DNA of 51,435 nucleotides from Acidobacteriota bacterium (lineage in GTDB: Bacteria > Acidobacteriota > Vicinamibacteria > Vicinamibacterales > UBA2999), in contig JACPPO010000146.1 of the NCBI GenBank assembly GCA_016190945.1, positions 1-51,435 on the forward strand, written 5' to 3'. The position numbers and the translations under genes are program-made. Below, piece after piece: positions 18,735 through 27,928 of the stretch. The notes under the pieces were generated by a model. It saw only the letters and a list, made by a program, of their open reading frames with translations, was not told the origin of the DNA and did no database searches. Within the stretch, counting starts at the first letter, position 1. The number at the start of each line of letters is the position of its first letter.

Positions 18735-19793
18735 TCAGGCCCGCGTGTAATCCGTCAGCGTCGTCTCGTCGCCGAGCACGGCGCCGCCGTCCACGCTGAC
18801 GTTGCGTCCGAGGTGGCAGTTGCGCCCCAGGATCGCGTCACGCACCGAGGCCTCGCGGCTCACGCGGCAGTTCGGCCAGAGAATCGCGCCATCGATGGAC
18901 GCATCCTCGTCCACCCGCGTCTGCCGGCCGATGACCGAATAGCGGCCGATGCGCGCCCCGGCTTTGATGAGCACACCTTGGTCGATGAAACAGGGACCTT
19001 CCACGGTCGCGCCGTCCTCGATCCGCGCATCGGCCGCCACCGAGGTGCGAGGGGCGGGCAGATCGAGAAACGGCGCCGTCACGTAGCGGCCGTCCATGAT
19101 GTCGCGGTGTACCCGCGTGTACTTCTCGGGCGTCCCGATGTCGATCCAATACCCGTCGTAGATGTACGCGATGAACGTCTCGTTGCGCTCGATCAAAGAC
19201 GGGAAATAGCTCCGTTCGATCGACCAGGGCACATCGCTCGGAATGCGACCGAAAGTGTCTGGCTCGAGCACGTAGATGCCCGCGTTAATGTGATTCGTTG
19301 TGACTTGGTCGGCGCGCGGCTTCTCCACGAAACGTCTGACGTTGCCCTCCGGATCGGTCTCCACGAGGCCGTAAGCAGTCGGGTTCTCGACCGGTGTCAG
19401 CACGATCGTGGCGCGCGCATTGCGCGCGCGATGCAGCCGGATGACCGCCGCCAGGTCGATCTGCGTCAGCACGTCGCCGTTGAACACGACGATCGGTTCG
19501 ATCAAGTCGGCACCCGCGTACTTCACCGCGCCCGCGGTGCCGAGGGGGACGGGTTCCACCACGTACCGGATCTTGATGTTCAGCGCAGAGCCGTCACCAA
19601 AGATCTCCTCGATCCGCCGGGGCTGGTAGCTCAGGCTCAGGATGACCTCGTCGATCTCCGGAACCTGCTTGAGAAGATCGAGCTGGTAATGGAGGAAGGG
19701 CCGGTTGAAGATCGGCACGATCGGCTTCGGCGTGTGAATGGTGAGCGGCCGCAGCCGCGTCCCCTGGCCCCCGGCGAGCAGGATCGCCTTCAT
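18735..19793 (-). CDS. NDP-sugar synthase (mannose-1-phosphate guanylyltransferase-like)
   Basis: LAGGQGTRLRPLT..PKP, LGTAG, NGDV, EKP, WIDIG, C-terminal hexapeptide repeats. Confidence 0.92.
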   Translation of the reverse strand: MKAILLAGGQGTRLRPLTIHTPKPIVPIFNRPFLHYQLDLLKQVPEIDEVILSLSYQPRRIEEIFGDGSALNIKIRYVVEPVPLGTAGAVKYAGADLIEPIVVFNGDVLTQIDLAAVIRLHRARNARATIVLTPVENPTAYGLVETDPEGNVRRFVEKPRADQVTTNHINAGIYVLEPDTFGRIPSDVPWSIERSYFPSLIERNETFIAYIYDGYWIDIGTPEKYTRVHRDIMDGRYVTAPFLDLPAPRTSVAADARIEDGATVEGPCFIDQGVLIKAGARIGRYSVIGRQTRVDEDASIDGAILWPNCRVSREASVRDAILGRNCHLGRNVSVDGGAVLGDETTLTDYTRA

Positions 19794-19843
19794 GACAATC
19801 AGCGATTGTATCCGATACTCGATGATAGAATTGGCGTCCTCCG

Positions 19844-20440
19844 ATGAACCTGCCGAACATGCTGACGATGGTGCGGATGTTTCTTGTGCCGCTGCTGGTC
19901 GTCGTGTTGCTGACCGAGTTCGAGGGGCATCGTATTCTCGGGGTGCCGAAAGAGCTCGTCGGCGCCGCGATCTTCGGCTTCGCGTCGGTGACCGACTGGC
20001 TCGACGGGTACCTCGCTCGACGGCGCCGGCAGGTCACGTGGCTCGGGCAGATGCTCGATCCGATTGCCGACAAACTGCTCACGTCGGCGGCGTTCATCTC
20101 GCTCGTGCAACTGGGCCTCGCGCCGGCGTGGATGGTGGCGCTCATCATCGGTCGCGAGTTCGCTATCACGGGACTTCGAAGCTTCGCGCACACCAGGGGC
20201 ATTGCCATGCCCGCCTCGCCACTCGGCAAAATCAAGATGGCGTCGCAGGTCACCGCCATCCTGCTGCTGATCCTCGGGTGGGGGCCGCTGCCGTGGCTTG
20301 CGCCGATCGGCCACGCGGCGCTCTGGGTGGTCATGATCGCCGCCGTCACATCGGCCGTGGACTATTACCGCCGGTTCCAGCGGCTGCTGAACGCGCACGT
20401 GACCGACGTCAATGTCGCCCGCGCCCGCAGGATCGGTTAG
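19844..20440 (+). CDS. pgsA: CDP-diacylglycerol--glycerol-3-phosphate 3-phosphatidyltransferase
   Basis: MNLPNMLT, TDWLDGYLAR...GQMLDPIADK. Confidence 0.94.
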   Translation: MNLPNMLTMVRMFLVPLLVVVLLTEFEGHRILGVPKELVGAAIFGFASVTDWLDGYLARRRRQVTWLGQMLDPIADKLLTSAAFISLVQLGLAPAWMVALIIGREFAITGLRSFAHTRGIAMPASPLGKIKMASQVTAILLLILGWGPLPWLAPIGHAALWVVMIAAVTSAVDYYRRFQRLLNAHVTDVNVARARRIG

Positions 20441-20446
20441 GCGAGC

Positions 20447-20468
20447 CGAAGGTCGTTCAACCTTCGGA
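20447..20468. terminator. Hairpin between convergent genes
   Basis: CCGAAGGT-cgttca-ACCTTCGG; no U tract. Confidence 0.4.
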
Positions 20469-20475
20469 ACGGATG

Positions 20476-21363
20476 TTATTTTCGGAGCGCCACGTAATCG
20501 CCCGCAATGAATGCATCGCGGGAGAGCGTGATCCGCAGAGTAGACGACTCCGGCCTGACCTCGATCGCCACCGCTTCGCCCAGCTCGAACAGGAAGTTGC
20601 CCGGCTCCCGCTTGTCGCGGTAGACGACGAAGTGCGCGCCGGCGGTGACCCCGTGGTCGCTGCCACGGTCGACCAGGAAGTAATCGTCGCGGGCGAAGCT
20701 CGTGCGGTTATCGTTGCCGGTGAGGACCCGGCCATAGTTGCCGCGCTGCGCCGCAGGCCTGTTGACGGAGATCTCCGGAATGTCTGGCAGCACGAAGGGC
20801 GAGAGGTAATCGTTCACTTCGACCGAGTCGCAGGCGTGGGTAATAGTCGCGAGCGACATCCGCGGGTCCACCGCATAGATTCGGATCCACCCCGTCGTGC
20901 GGATCGTCGCCGGGTTGTCGCGGCTGACCGGACGTCGCTCGATTGGAACCGCGCGGCGGGTGTAGTACTCCTGGCCGACGGCGATGCCGTTGTCCCCACC
21001 GGCGTTGATGGCGACCAGGTCGCCCGGGGCGAAGCTGCGATGGACAAAGGATTCCTGGCTGCCAGTAATCCGCAGCGGCCTGGGAGGCACCTGGAAGGCG
21101 AGACTCGGCGCGCAGGCGAGCGACAGGATCTCCGGGGAGAGGTTCGTGGACCCGTGGGCAGGGGCGCGCTGCGCCAAAACGGGCAATGCGGTGGCCACCA
21201 CTCCGGCGGCGATCAGGGACGCCACGGGCCACACACCGCTGGGTCCCCGCCGCGCACTCCTCCACCCCATCGCGCAGGCGTGCGCGATGGGGCCCCCGGA
21301 CCTGCGCGGTGGGGTGCCAGACACGGAAACACGGAGTGCGGACCGTACATTCTCAAGCGTCAT
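20476..21363 (-). CDS. Exported hypothetical protein with two FlgT-C/TsaP-like beta modules
   Basis: Signal-like segment, repeated GDLVAINAG..GIAVGQ and DYFLVDRG..GVTAG; start uncertain because a repeat lies in the 5' part. Confidence 0.7.
   Translation of the reverse strand: MTLENVRSALRVSVSGTPPRRSGGPIAHACAMGWRSARRGPSGVWPVASLIAAGVVATALPVLAQRAPAHGSTNLSPEILSLACAPSLAFQVPPRPLRITGSQESFVHRSFAPGDLVAINAGGDNGIAVGQEYYTRRAVPIERRPVSRDNPATIRTTGWIRIYAVDPRMSLATITHACDSVEVNDYLSPFVLPDIPEISVNRPAAQRGNYGRVLTGNDNRTSFARDDYFLVDRGSDHGVTAGAHFVVYRDKREPGNFLFELGEAVAIEVRPESSTLRITLSRDAFIAGDYVALRK
21241..21316. repeat. Nested pair of CCCC(G/A)YCGCGCA..TGCGCG(G/A)TGGGG palindromes
   Basis: Outer copy split at its loop by an inverted inner copy (about 21257-21299); both match 27935-27977. 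Confidence 0.85.
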
Positions 21364-21379
21364 CGCTATCACCGATAAA

Positions 21380-22171
21380 TTACTGATTCTTCAGCTCTTC
21401 AAGCCTGCTCCGGGCGTCTTCGAGATGGTCGCTCCGATCGAACTCGGCGAGGAGCCGCTCGAAGTACGGGATGGCTTCAGCTTTCTTATCGGTCTTGGTC
21501 AGAGATTCCGCCAGATAGAAGTAGACGGCGTCGCGGCCGGTGAATCCGGAGTCCTCGCGAAGCACTTCGCGGAAGCGGTCGATCGCGCCCGGATACCACC
21601 GGATGCGGTAGTAGTGGAGGCCGACGAGGTACGACGCCTGGCTGAGGCGGTCACGCGCGATCCTCCAGTGCTGCTTCACGTCGGGCATAAGCGGGCTGTT
21701 CGGAAATTTCTGAAAGAAGACGTCGAAGTCGACGAGCGCTGCCTTCGTTTCGGTCTGATCCCGCGCAGGCGCCCGCATCTGTTGGAAATGGCTCATCGCG
21801 AGCTTGTACTGGGCGTAGTCTGCGCGCGGATTCGTCGGATAAAACGTCAGGAATTCCCTGAACTCGTTGGCCGCCAGGACCACCGATTCTGCCGTACCCT
21901 CGCCAAGATACGAGTCGCCGACCGCCAGCTTGGCGTCAGGCCTGAACGGACTTTGCGGATACCCGTCGACGATCTGTTGGAGGTACGTGCGCGCGTTGAG
22001 CCACTTTTCCATCTGAAGCGCTTCCGTGCCGCGTTCGAACAGATATCGATCCGGCTGCGCCGTGCCGGGCGGTAGCGTCGTCGTCTGTCTGGCGCCGCAG
22101 GCCGCGAATGCGGCAAGCAGCGCCACCCTGCCGGCGATTTGCCACCAGCGGCGCCACCTGCGATCAGTCAT
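21380..22171 (-). CDS. bamD: Outer membrane protein assembly lipoprotein BamD
   Basis: Lipobox FAAC, TPR helices, YPQSP, ADYAQY, RDQTET, FPNS. Confidence 0.9.
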   Translation of the reverse strand: MTDRRWRRWWQIAGRVALLAAFAACGARQTTTLPPGTAQPDRYLFERGTEALQMEKWLNARTYLQQIVDGYPQSPFRPDAKLAVGDSYLGEGTAESVVLAANEFREFLTFYPTNPRADYAQYKLAMSHFQQMRAPARDQTETKAALVDFDVFFQKFPNSPLMPDVKQHWRIARDRLSQASYLVGLHYYRIRWYPGAIDRFREVLREDSGFTGRDAVYFYLAESLTKTDKKAEAIPYFERLLAEFDRSDHLEDARSRLEELKNQ

Positions 22172-23105
22172 GTCCTGGGGTCATCCAGTCGTACTGGGCG
22201 CGTAGCCCCTCTTCCAGCGTAACTGTTGGCGCGAATGCCAGTTCCGCGCGGGCGCGAGTGGTATCCGCATAGGTGTTCCGCATGTCGCCCCGCTGCGCCT
22301 CAATCTGCTCGACGCGCAGGGGACGGCCGGTGATCCGGCGGATCAGCTCGAACACGTCGAGCAACTCGATGCGAGATCCACCACCGATATTGTAGACAGC
22401 CCCCGGCTTCCCGCGTGCTGCGGCCGCCACGGTGGCTGCCACCGCATCGGCCACAAAGGTGAAGTCGCGGGTCTGCTTCCCGTCTCCGAACTGCGGCACC
22501 GCATCTCCCCGCACCACCGCATGCAGGAAACGCGAGAACCCCATGTCGGGACGCTGGCGGGGCCCATACACCGTGAAGTATCGGAGCGAGACGGCCGGTA
22601 CGCCGTGATTGACGTGGTACAGGTGGCAGAGTTGTTCGGCGGCGAGCTTCGTCACTCCGTACGGGGATACCGGCTGTGGACAGACGTCTTCACGCATCGG
22701 CAGCGGCACTTCGTCCCCATACACGGATGAACTCGAGGCGTACACCAGCCGCTCAATCGGCATCCCGACGCAGGCTTCGAGCAGGATCTGGGTCGCCTCC
22801 ACGTTGTTGACCGTATAGACGTGAAAATCCCGCCCCCAGCTCTTGCGCACCCCTGCCTGCGCGGCCAAGTGAAACACGTGGGTGATGCCGTCCAGCAACG
22901 TCGACAGGTCGGCGTCGGCCAAGGACGACTCTACGAGCGTGAAGCCGGCGGCGCCGCGGAGACGCGCCAGGTTGCGTGCCTTCAGTTCCCGCGGGTAGTA
23001 GTCGGTAAAGGAGTCGATGCCGGTGACCGTCGCGCCGGTCTCGATGAGGCGCTCGACAAGATGCGAACCGATAAAGCCGGCAGCGCCCGTCACCAGCGCG
23101 TTCAT
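22164..23105 (-). CDS. NAD-dependent nucleotide-sugar epimerase/dehydratase
   Basis: LVTGAAGFIG, HLAAQAGVR, ASSSSVYG, YGVTK, RYFTVYGP; ATG overlaps upstream stop. Confidence 0.93.
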   Translation of the reverse strand: MNALVTGAAGFIGSHLVERLIETGATVTGIDSFTDYYPRELKARNLARLRGAAGFTLVESSLADADLSTLLDGITHVFHLAAQAGVRKSWGRDFHVYTVNNVEATQILLEACVGMPIERLVYASSSSVYGDEVPLPMREDVCPQPVSPYGVTKLAAEQLCHLYHVNHGVPAVSLRYFTVYGPRQRPDMGFSRFLHAVVRGDAVPQFGDGKQTRDFTFVADAVAATVAAAARGKPGAVYNIGGGSRIELLDVFELIRRITGRPLRVEQIEAQRGDMRNTYADTTRARAELAFAPTVTLEEGLRAQYDWMTPGHD

Positions 23106-23563
23106 GCGAGCATCTCGCGGACGCGCGACGGCAGGCGGCATGGCTTGCCGCTGGTGTCGACGGCTGCATGCACCGTGTGACCGACCGCGGCGATCGTACC
23201 GTCGGCGCCGCGCGCCACTTCATAGTCAAACCGGATCCGGACCGGCGTCACTAGCGTTCCGCGCGTCGTGATCTCGATCTCATCGTCATACCGCGCGGGC
23301 TGGCGGTACTCGCAGTGGGCTTCAATCGCGGGCAGAGAGATCCCGTCGCGCTCCATCTCGCGGTAAGTCCAGCCGGTCTGGCGCAGCCATTCGGTTCGTC
23401 CGATCTCGAACCAGACGAGATAGTTCGCGTAGTAGACGACGCCCATGCGGTCCGTTTCGGCGTACCGCACGCGGACACGGGTGCGCCGGACCGCCTCTGC
23501 CGCCCGGGGGCCCAGAGCCGGGGCCTGGGCCCCGGGGCCTGAGGCCTCCAGCGGATCGCTCAT
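23102..23563 (-). CDS. Acyl-CoA thioesterase (YbgC/4HBT family)
   Basis: RVRYAETDRMGVVYYANYLVWFE; N-terminus partly encoded by a heptamer repeat. Confidence 0.9.
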   Translation of the reverse strand: MSDPLEASGPGAQAPALGPRAAEAVRRTRVRVRYAETDRMGVVYYANYLVWFEIGRTEWLRQTGWTYREMERDGISLPAIEAHCEYRQPARYDDEIEITTRGTLVTPVRIRFDYEVARGADGTIAAVGHTVHAAVDTSGKPCRLPSRVREMLA

Positions 23564-24267
23564 GCGTGGGAACCGGTGGCGGAGCCGACCGCGGCGCGTA
23601 GCGCGCGCGTCGCGGCTTCAGGGTCGGGAGCGCCGAAGATAGCGTGGCCCGCGACAAGGATCGATGCGCCGGCCGAGAAGGCGTCAGCCGCGGTGCCGGC
23701 GTCGATGCCGCCGTCGATCTCAATTGGCACGGAGGATCCCGCCCGGGTGAGCAGCTCGCGCACACGGCGGACCTTGTCCAGGCTTCGCGGAATGAAGGTC
23801 TGGCCGCCGAACCCCGGGTTAACCGACATGACGAGCACGAAGTCGACGTCCGGGGCAATTTCCTCGAGCGCGGCCGCCGGTGTCGAGGGATTGAGTACGA
23901 CGCCCGCCTTGACGCCCCGGCCCTTGATGAGGGCAATCGTGCGATGCAGGTGTGTCGACCCCTCCACATGCACGGACAGCATGTTCGCCCCCGCCCTCAC
24001 GAAGTCGTCCACATACCGATCCGGCTTCTCGATCATGAGGTGGATGTCGAGCGGGCGCGTCGCGATCCGTTTGATGGCGCGGACGACAGGCGGACCGATC
24101 GTGATGTTGGGGACAAAGTGGCCGTCCATGACGTCGATGTGAATGAGATCGGCGCCTCCGCGCTCGACGGCGGCAATGTCGCGGCCGAGTTCCGCGAAAT
24201 TCGCGGACAGGATGGACGGCGCGATCTGTACCCCTCCGGTCAGCACGACGCGGCCTCGATCGGTCAC
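23560..24267 (-). CDS. rpe: Ribulose-phosphate 3-epimerase
   Basis: IAPSILSA, HIDVMDGHFVPN, MSVNPGFGGQ, IDGG. Confidence 0.96.
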   Translation of the reverse strand: MTDRGRVVLTGGVQIAPSILSANFAELGRDIAAVERGGADLIHIDVMDGHFVPNITIGPPVVRAIKRIATRPLDIHLMIEKPDRYVDDFVRAGANMLSVHVEGSTHLHRTIALIKGRGVKAGVVLNPSTPAAALEEIAPDVDFVLVMSVNPGFGGQTFIPRSLDKVRRVRELLTRAGSSVPIEIDGGIDAGTAADAFSAGASILVAGHAIFGAPDPEAATRALRAAVGSATGSHA

Positions 24268-24986
24268 CGGCTCACCTCGAGGGAGATCGAGTCGGCGGGA
24301 CCAACGCGGAATCCACCGGCCGGCTGCTGCCGCACGACAGTTCCCGACGGCACGCCTTGGTACGGCTGCGAGCCGACAATGCTGACGCGGAAGCCTCTTG
24401 TGCGCAACGTCTCGGCGGCCCGCGCGCCGCTCGTGCCAATCAGATCGGGCATCACGTAGGTCGTTGCCTGCTCACCGCGGTTGAGCAGCATCGAGACGCT
24501 GGGCGCGCGGGATGTCGGCGCCGGGTCCTGGGCAACAACGGCGTCGGCAGGATAGTCGGGCGAACGAAATTCAGAGACGGCGGCGATGTCGAGGCCATCC
24601 TCATCAAGACGCATCCGCGCCGTGCGCTCGGTCTGGCCCACGAGTGCCGGAACGGTTGTTGTCCGGGGGCCGGAGCTGACCCACACGCGAATCGTGCGCT
24701 GGCGCCGCGCCTGGACACCTGGCGCCGGCTCCTGCTGGGTGATGCTGCCGGCCGCAACACGTTCGTCGGGGCGCTGATTCGGATCGATTCTCAACGTAAG
24801 ACCGACGTCGGCGGCCGTCCGCGAGGCAGTGGCGACCGGGGCGCCGACCAGGTTCGGTACCTGCACCGCGCGGGCGCGCAACGCCACGCGCATGGTCACC
24901 AGCGCGAAGAGCAGAAACGTGGCCGCGAGCGCCCCGGCGAGCAGCAGCAGTTTCCCGAGGCCCCAGACGCGTGCTCTGAGCGGCAT
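24264..24986 (-). CDS. Membrane-anchored protein with three PASTA domains
   Basis: TM helix then VQVPNLVG, TTVPALVG and YVMPDLIG repeats, each with Q.P. Confidence 0.88.
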   Translation of the reverse strand: MPLRARVWGLGKLLLLAGALAATFLLFALVTMRVALRARAVQVPNLVGAPVATASRTAADVGLTLRIDPNQRPDERVAAGSITQQEPAPGVQARRQRTIRVWVSSGPRTTTVPALVGQTERTARMRLDEDGLDIAAVSEFRSPDYPADAVVAQDPAPTSRAPSVSMLLNRGEQATTYVMPDLIGTSGARAAETLRTRGFRVSIVGSQPYQGVPSGTVVRQQPAGGFRVGPADSISLEVSR

Positions 24987-25065
24987 TCCTGTGTGGATCG
25001 TACCACGAGGCTCAGAGCTTTCGGCTCCGGGCTTTCGGCCACGCCCAAAGCCCAACGTCCAGGGC

Positions 25066-26418
25066 CTAGAGCCTGCGTACGAGCGCTGCCGCGAAGAACG
25101 CCTCGAGTCCGTGTGCGAACGGCAGCGTCTGCAGCATGCCGCGCCCGTCAAGGACGGGCATCAGGCGCGGTGGTGCATCGCTGCGCAGATCGACGAGTTC
25201 GAACTCACGCTGCCGCGACAGAAACGCGTCGACGACCGCCGCATTCTCTTCGGGCTCGCTCGAGCAGGTCGCATAGACGAGGCGGCCGCGCGGTCGCACC
25301 AGCACCGCCGCGCGGTCGAGCAGAGCGAGTTGCTCCTGTGCAAGTCTCGCCAGGTCGCGCTCGCTTCGGCGCCATCGGATGTCGGGATCGCGCCTGATCG
25401 TGCCGAGGCCTGAACAGGGTGCATCCACGAGCACACGGTCGAACACCGGCGTGAATGGCAATGGGCCGGATGTGGCGACTTTCACCACACGGACGCATGC
25501 CGCGCCGCTGGCCCGCACCGTGTCGAAGAGGAGCCTGATGCGCCGCGCACGCACGTCGCACGCAACCAGCAGACCGGTATCGTCCATGTCCGCGGCCATG
25601 GCGATGGTCTTGCCTCCTGGCGACGCGCAGAGGTCGAGCACCCGCTCACCGGGCCGCGCGACCACCGCAAGGTTCACCAGCTGCGACGCCTCGTCCTGGA
25701 CGAAGAACGACCCATCAGCCGGTCCGCGCAGCGGGTAGCCCGCGGTCACAATCAAGCCGTCTGGCGCGTGTCGTGTCGGCTCGGTCTGGATGCCGGCCAC
25801 GCCGAGCGTCGCCGCGACCGTTTCGCGGCTGGCGCGCAGCGTGTTGGCGCGCAGCGTGAGCCGCGGTGTCTCGTTGTTGAAGCGCACCCAGTGCTCGGAC
25901 GCATCAAAGCCATGTTTATCGAACCAGCGCGCGACAAGCCATTCGGGATGCGAGTGCGTGATGCCAAGGTAGGCCAGCGCGGCAGCGCGATCGGTGCTGT
26001 CGTCGGGTCTGGGCGGCAGCGGCAGACGGTGTCGCTGCCGTAGGGCGGTGTGCAGGACCGCGTTCACGAAACCGGTCGCGCTCGGCTTGCGCGCCTGCCG
26101 CGTCAGGTCCACCGCATCGTTGACGACGGCTGAGGCCGGAACGCGATCCAGGTGCAGGAGTTGGTAGAGACTCAGTCTGAGAATATGGAGGACGTCGCGG
26201 TCGATCCTTGCGATCTCTCGATTCGCGAAGTGTTCGGCCAGGTGGTCGAGGCTTCGCTGCCATCGCAGCGTGCCTGTGACGATTTCGACGGCAAGCGCGC
26301 AATCGCGCTCGTCGGACAGATGCTCGCGGCCACGCGCAAGCGCGGAAGGAAGGTCGGCGCGCTCGTCGGCAATCGCGCGGAGCGCGTGATAGGCCGCGGT
26401 GCGCGCCGGTGCGGTCAT
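25066..26418 (-). CDS. rsmB: 16S rRNA m5C967 methyltransferase
   Basis: NusB-like N-domain, VQDEASQ, DLCASPGGKT, DAPCSGLG, YATCS..EEN; ATG overlaps fmt stop. Confidence 0.94.
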   Translation of the reverse strand: MTAPARTAAYHALRAIADERADLPSALARGREHLSDERDCALAVEIVTGTLRWQRSLDHLAEHFANREIARIDRDVLHILRLSLYQLLHLDRVPASAVVNDAVDLTRQARKPSATGFVNAVLHTALRQRHRLPLPPRPDDSTDRAAALAYLGITHSHPEWLVARWFDKHGFDASEHWVRFNNETPRLTLRANTLRASRETVAATLGVAGIQTEPTRHAPDGLIVTAGYPLRGPADGSFFVQDEASQLVNLAVVARPGERVLDLCASPGGKTIAMAADMDDTGLLVACDVRARRIRLLFDTVRASGAACVRVVKVATSGPLPFTPVFDRVLVDAPCSGLGTIRRDPDIRWRRSERDLARLAQEQLALLDRAAVLVRPRGRLVYATCSSEPEENAAVVDAFLSRQREFELVDLRSDAPPRLMPVLDGRGMLQTLPFAHGLEAFFAAALVRRL

Positions 26419-27425
26419 GGGCCGGCCCCGCCGAAGCTCGGCGAAGGCCGGCCCGTGAAACGCGCGCCGCGCTGCACTCGGCGGCCGGCAAGAAACTCCC
26501 GCGCCCCCATCGGCCGGCGTCCTTCCGGCTGTAGCTGTTCGATGGCGATCCGCTCCCCGTGACCCGTTGCGACGTGGATCGCATCGCGGGAGGTCTCGAC
26601 GATGGTGCCTGGCAGCGCGTCGGTGGTTTCGCTCTCGATACGGGTTTTGAGCAGGATAAGCCGCCCACCGTCGTGATACGTGTACGCGTGCGGCCAGGGG
26701 TACAGACCGCGCACGCGATTGTGAATATACGAGGCCGGCAGCGACCAGTCGATGAGGCCTTCGTCCTTGGTCAGCCGCGGCGCATAGCTGCACATCATGA
26801 AGTCCTGCAGCTCGTACTGTTCGGTGCCCGCCGCGATCTGCTCCACCACCTGCAGCAGCAGGTCGGCGCCCATCTGTGCGAGATCGCGCTCGACGACATC
26901 GCTCGTTTCGTCGGGACCGATCGGGCGGGCGACCTTGGCGAACATCGCGCCGGCATCGAGCATCTTCTCGATGCGCATAATCGTCACCCCCGTTTCGCGC
27001 TCCCCGTCAATGACCGCGCGCTGTACGGGGGCGGCGCCCCGATACTTCGGCAGCAGCGAGGCGTGGACGTTGATCATGCCGAGACGCGGCAGTGAGAGGA
27101 TCTGTTCGGGAATCAGCTTGCCGTACGCCGCCACGACGCCGAGATCGGGCTCCCACTCACGAAGCGTCGCCGCGAACGACGGGTCGCTCAATCGCTCCGG
27201 CTGAAGCAGCGGCAGGCCGCGTTCCACGGCGAGCGCCTTGATGGGGGAGTCCGACACCCGCTGACCCCGGCCGCGCGGACGATCCGGCCGCGTGACCACC
27301 CCGCACAGCTGATGCCGTGAGGCAAGGAGCTTCTGCAGGGTTGGAACAGCAAATCGCGGGGTGCCAAGAAAGACGATGCGCAGGTAGTCGGAGGCGGTCG
27401 GGCCTCCGATCGGGGTTGTCACCAT
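26415..27425 (-). CDS. fmt: Methionyl-tRNA formyltransferase
   Basis: IVFLGTPRFA, PDRPRGRG, INVHASLLPKYRGAAP. Confidence 0.96.
   Translation of the reverse strand: MVTTPIGGPTASDYLRIVFLGTPRFAVPTLQKLLASRHQLCGVVTRPDRPRGRGQRVSDSPIKALAVERGLPLLQPERLSDPSFAATLREWEPDLGVVAAYGKLIPEQILSLPRLGMINVHASLLPKYRGAAPVQRAVIDGERETGVTIMRIEKMLDAGAMFAKVARPIGPDETSDVVERDLAQMGADLLLQVVEQIAAGTEQYELQDFMMCSYAPRLTKDEGLIDWSLPASYIHNRVRGLYPWPHAYTYHDGGRLILLKTRIESETTDALPGTIVETSRDAIHVATGHGERIAIEQLQPEGRRPMGAREFLAGRRVQRGARFTGRPSPSFGGAGP
27384..27409 (+). repeat. GTAG-type REP-like hairpin in the fmt 5' end
   Basis: GTAG-TCGGAGGC-ggtcgg-GCCTCCGA. Confidence 0.65.
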
Positions 27426-27928
27426 TTGCCCGAGCGCGAGAGCTTCCTGATCCTCCGCACGATGAGATCCTTCTGAAGCCCGCGGAGCCGATCCACGAAC
27501 AGCGTCCCGTCGAGGTGATCCATCTCGTGCTGGAGGCAGCGGGCCAGAAGACCGGTGCCTTCAATAACCTGTTCCCGTCCGTTCCGCGCCAGGCCCTTCA
27601 CGACCGCGCGGGCCGGCCGCGCCATCGTCGCGTTGAAACCAGGCACGCTGAGGCACCCCTCGTCTTCGTACTGGGTGCCGTCCACTTCGACAACTTCCGG
27701 GTTGATGAATGTAACGAGATCCCCAGGGTTGTGGCCGCCCGACACGTCGGCGACAAAAATCCGCAACGGCACACCGACCTGCGTGGCCGCCAACCCGATG
27801 CCAGGCGCGGCGTACATCGTCTGAACCATATCGTCGATGAGCTGCTGGATGTCTGGAGTGATCTCGGTAATGGGGGCGGCGGCCTGATGAAGGACCTGCT
27901 CGCCATAACGGAGGACGGGTCGGATCAT
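27419..27928 (-). CDS. def: Peptide deformylase
   Basis: GIGLAATQVG, EGCLS, QHEMDHLDG. Confidence 0.97.
   Translation of the reverse strand: MIRPVLRYGEQVLHQAAAPITEITPDIQQLIDDMVQTMYAAPGIGLAATQVGVPLRIFVADVSGGHNPGDLVTFINPEVVEVDGTQYEDEGCLSVPGFNATMARPARAVVKGLARNGREQVIEGTGLLARCLQHEMDHLDGTLFVDRLRGLQKDLIVRRIRKLSRSGKW

Noticed and set aside
17751-21378. Long plus-strand ORFs (698 aa, 546 aa) and similar antisense ORFs elsewhere
   Set aside because: Shadows of real genes in high-GC DNA; no motifs.
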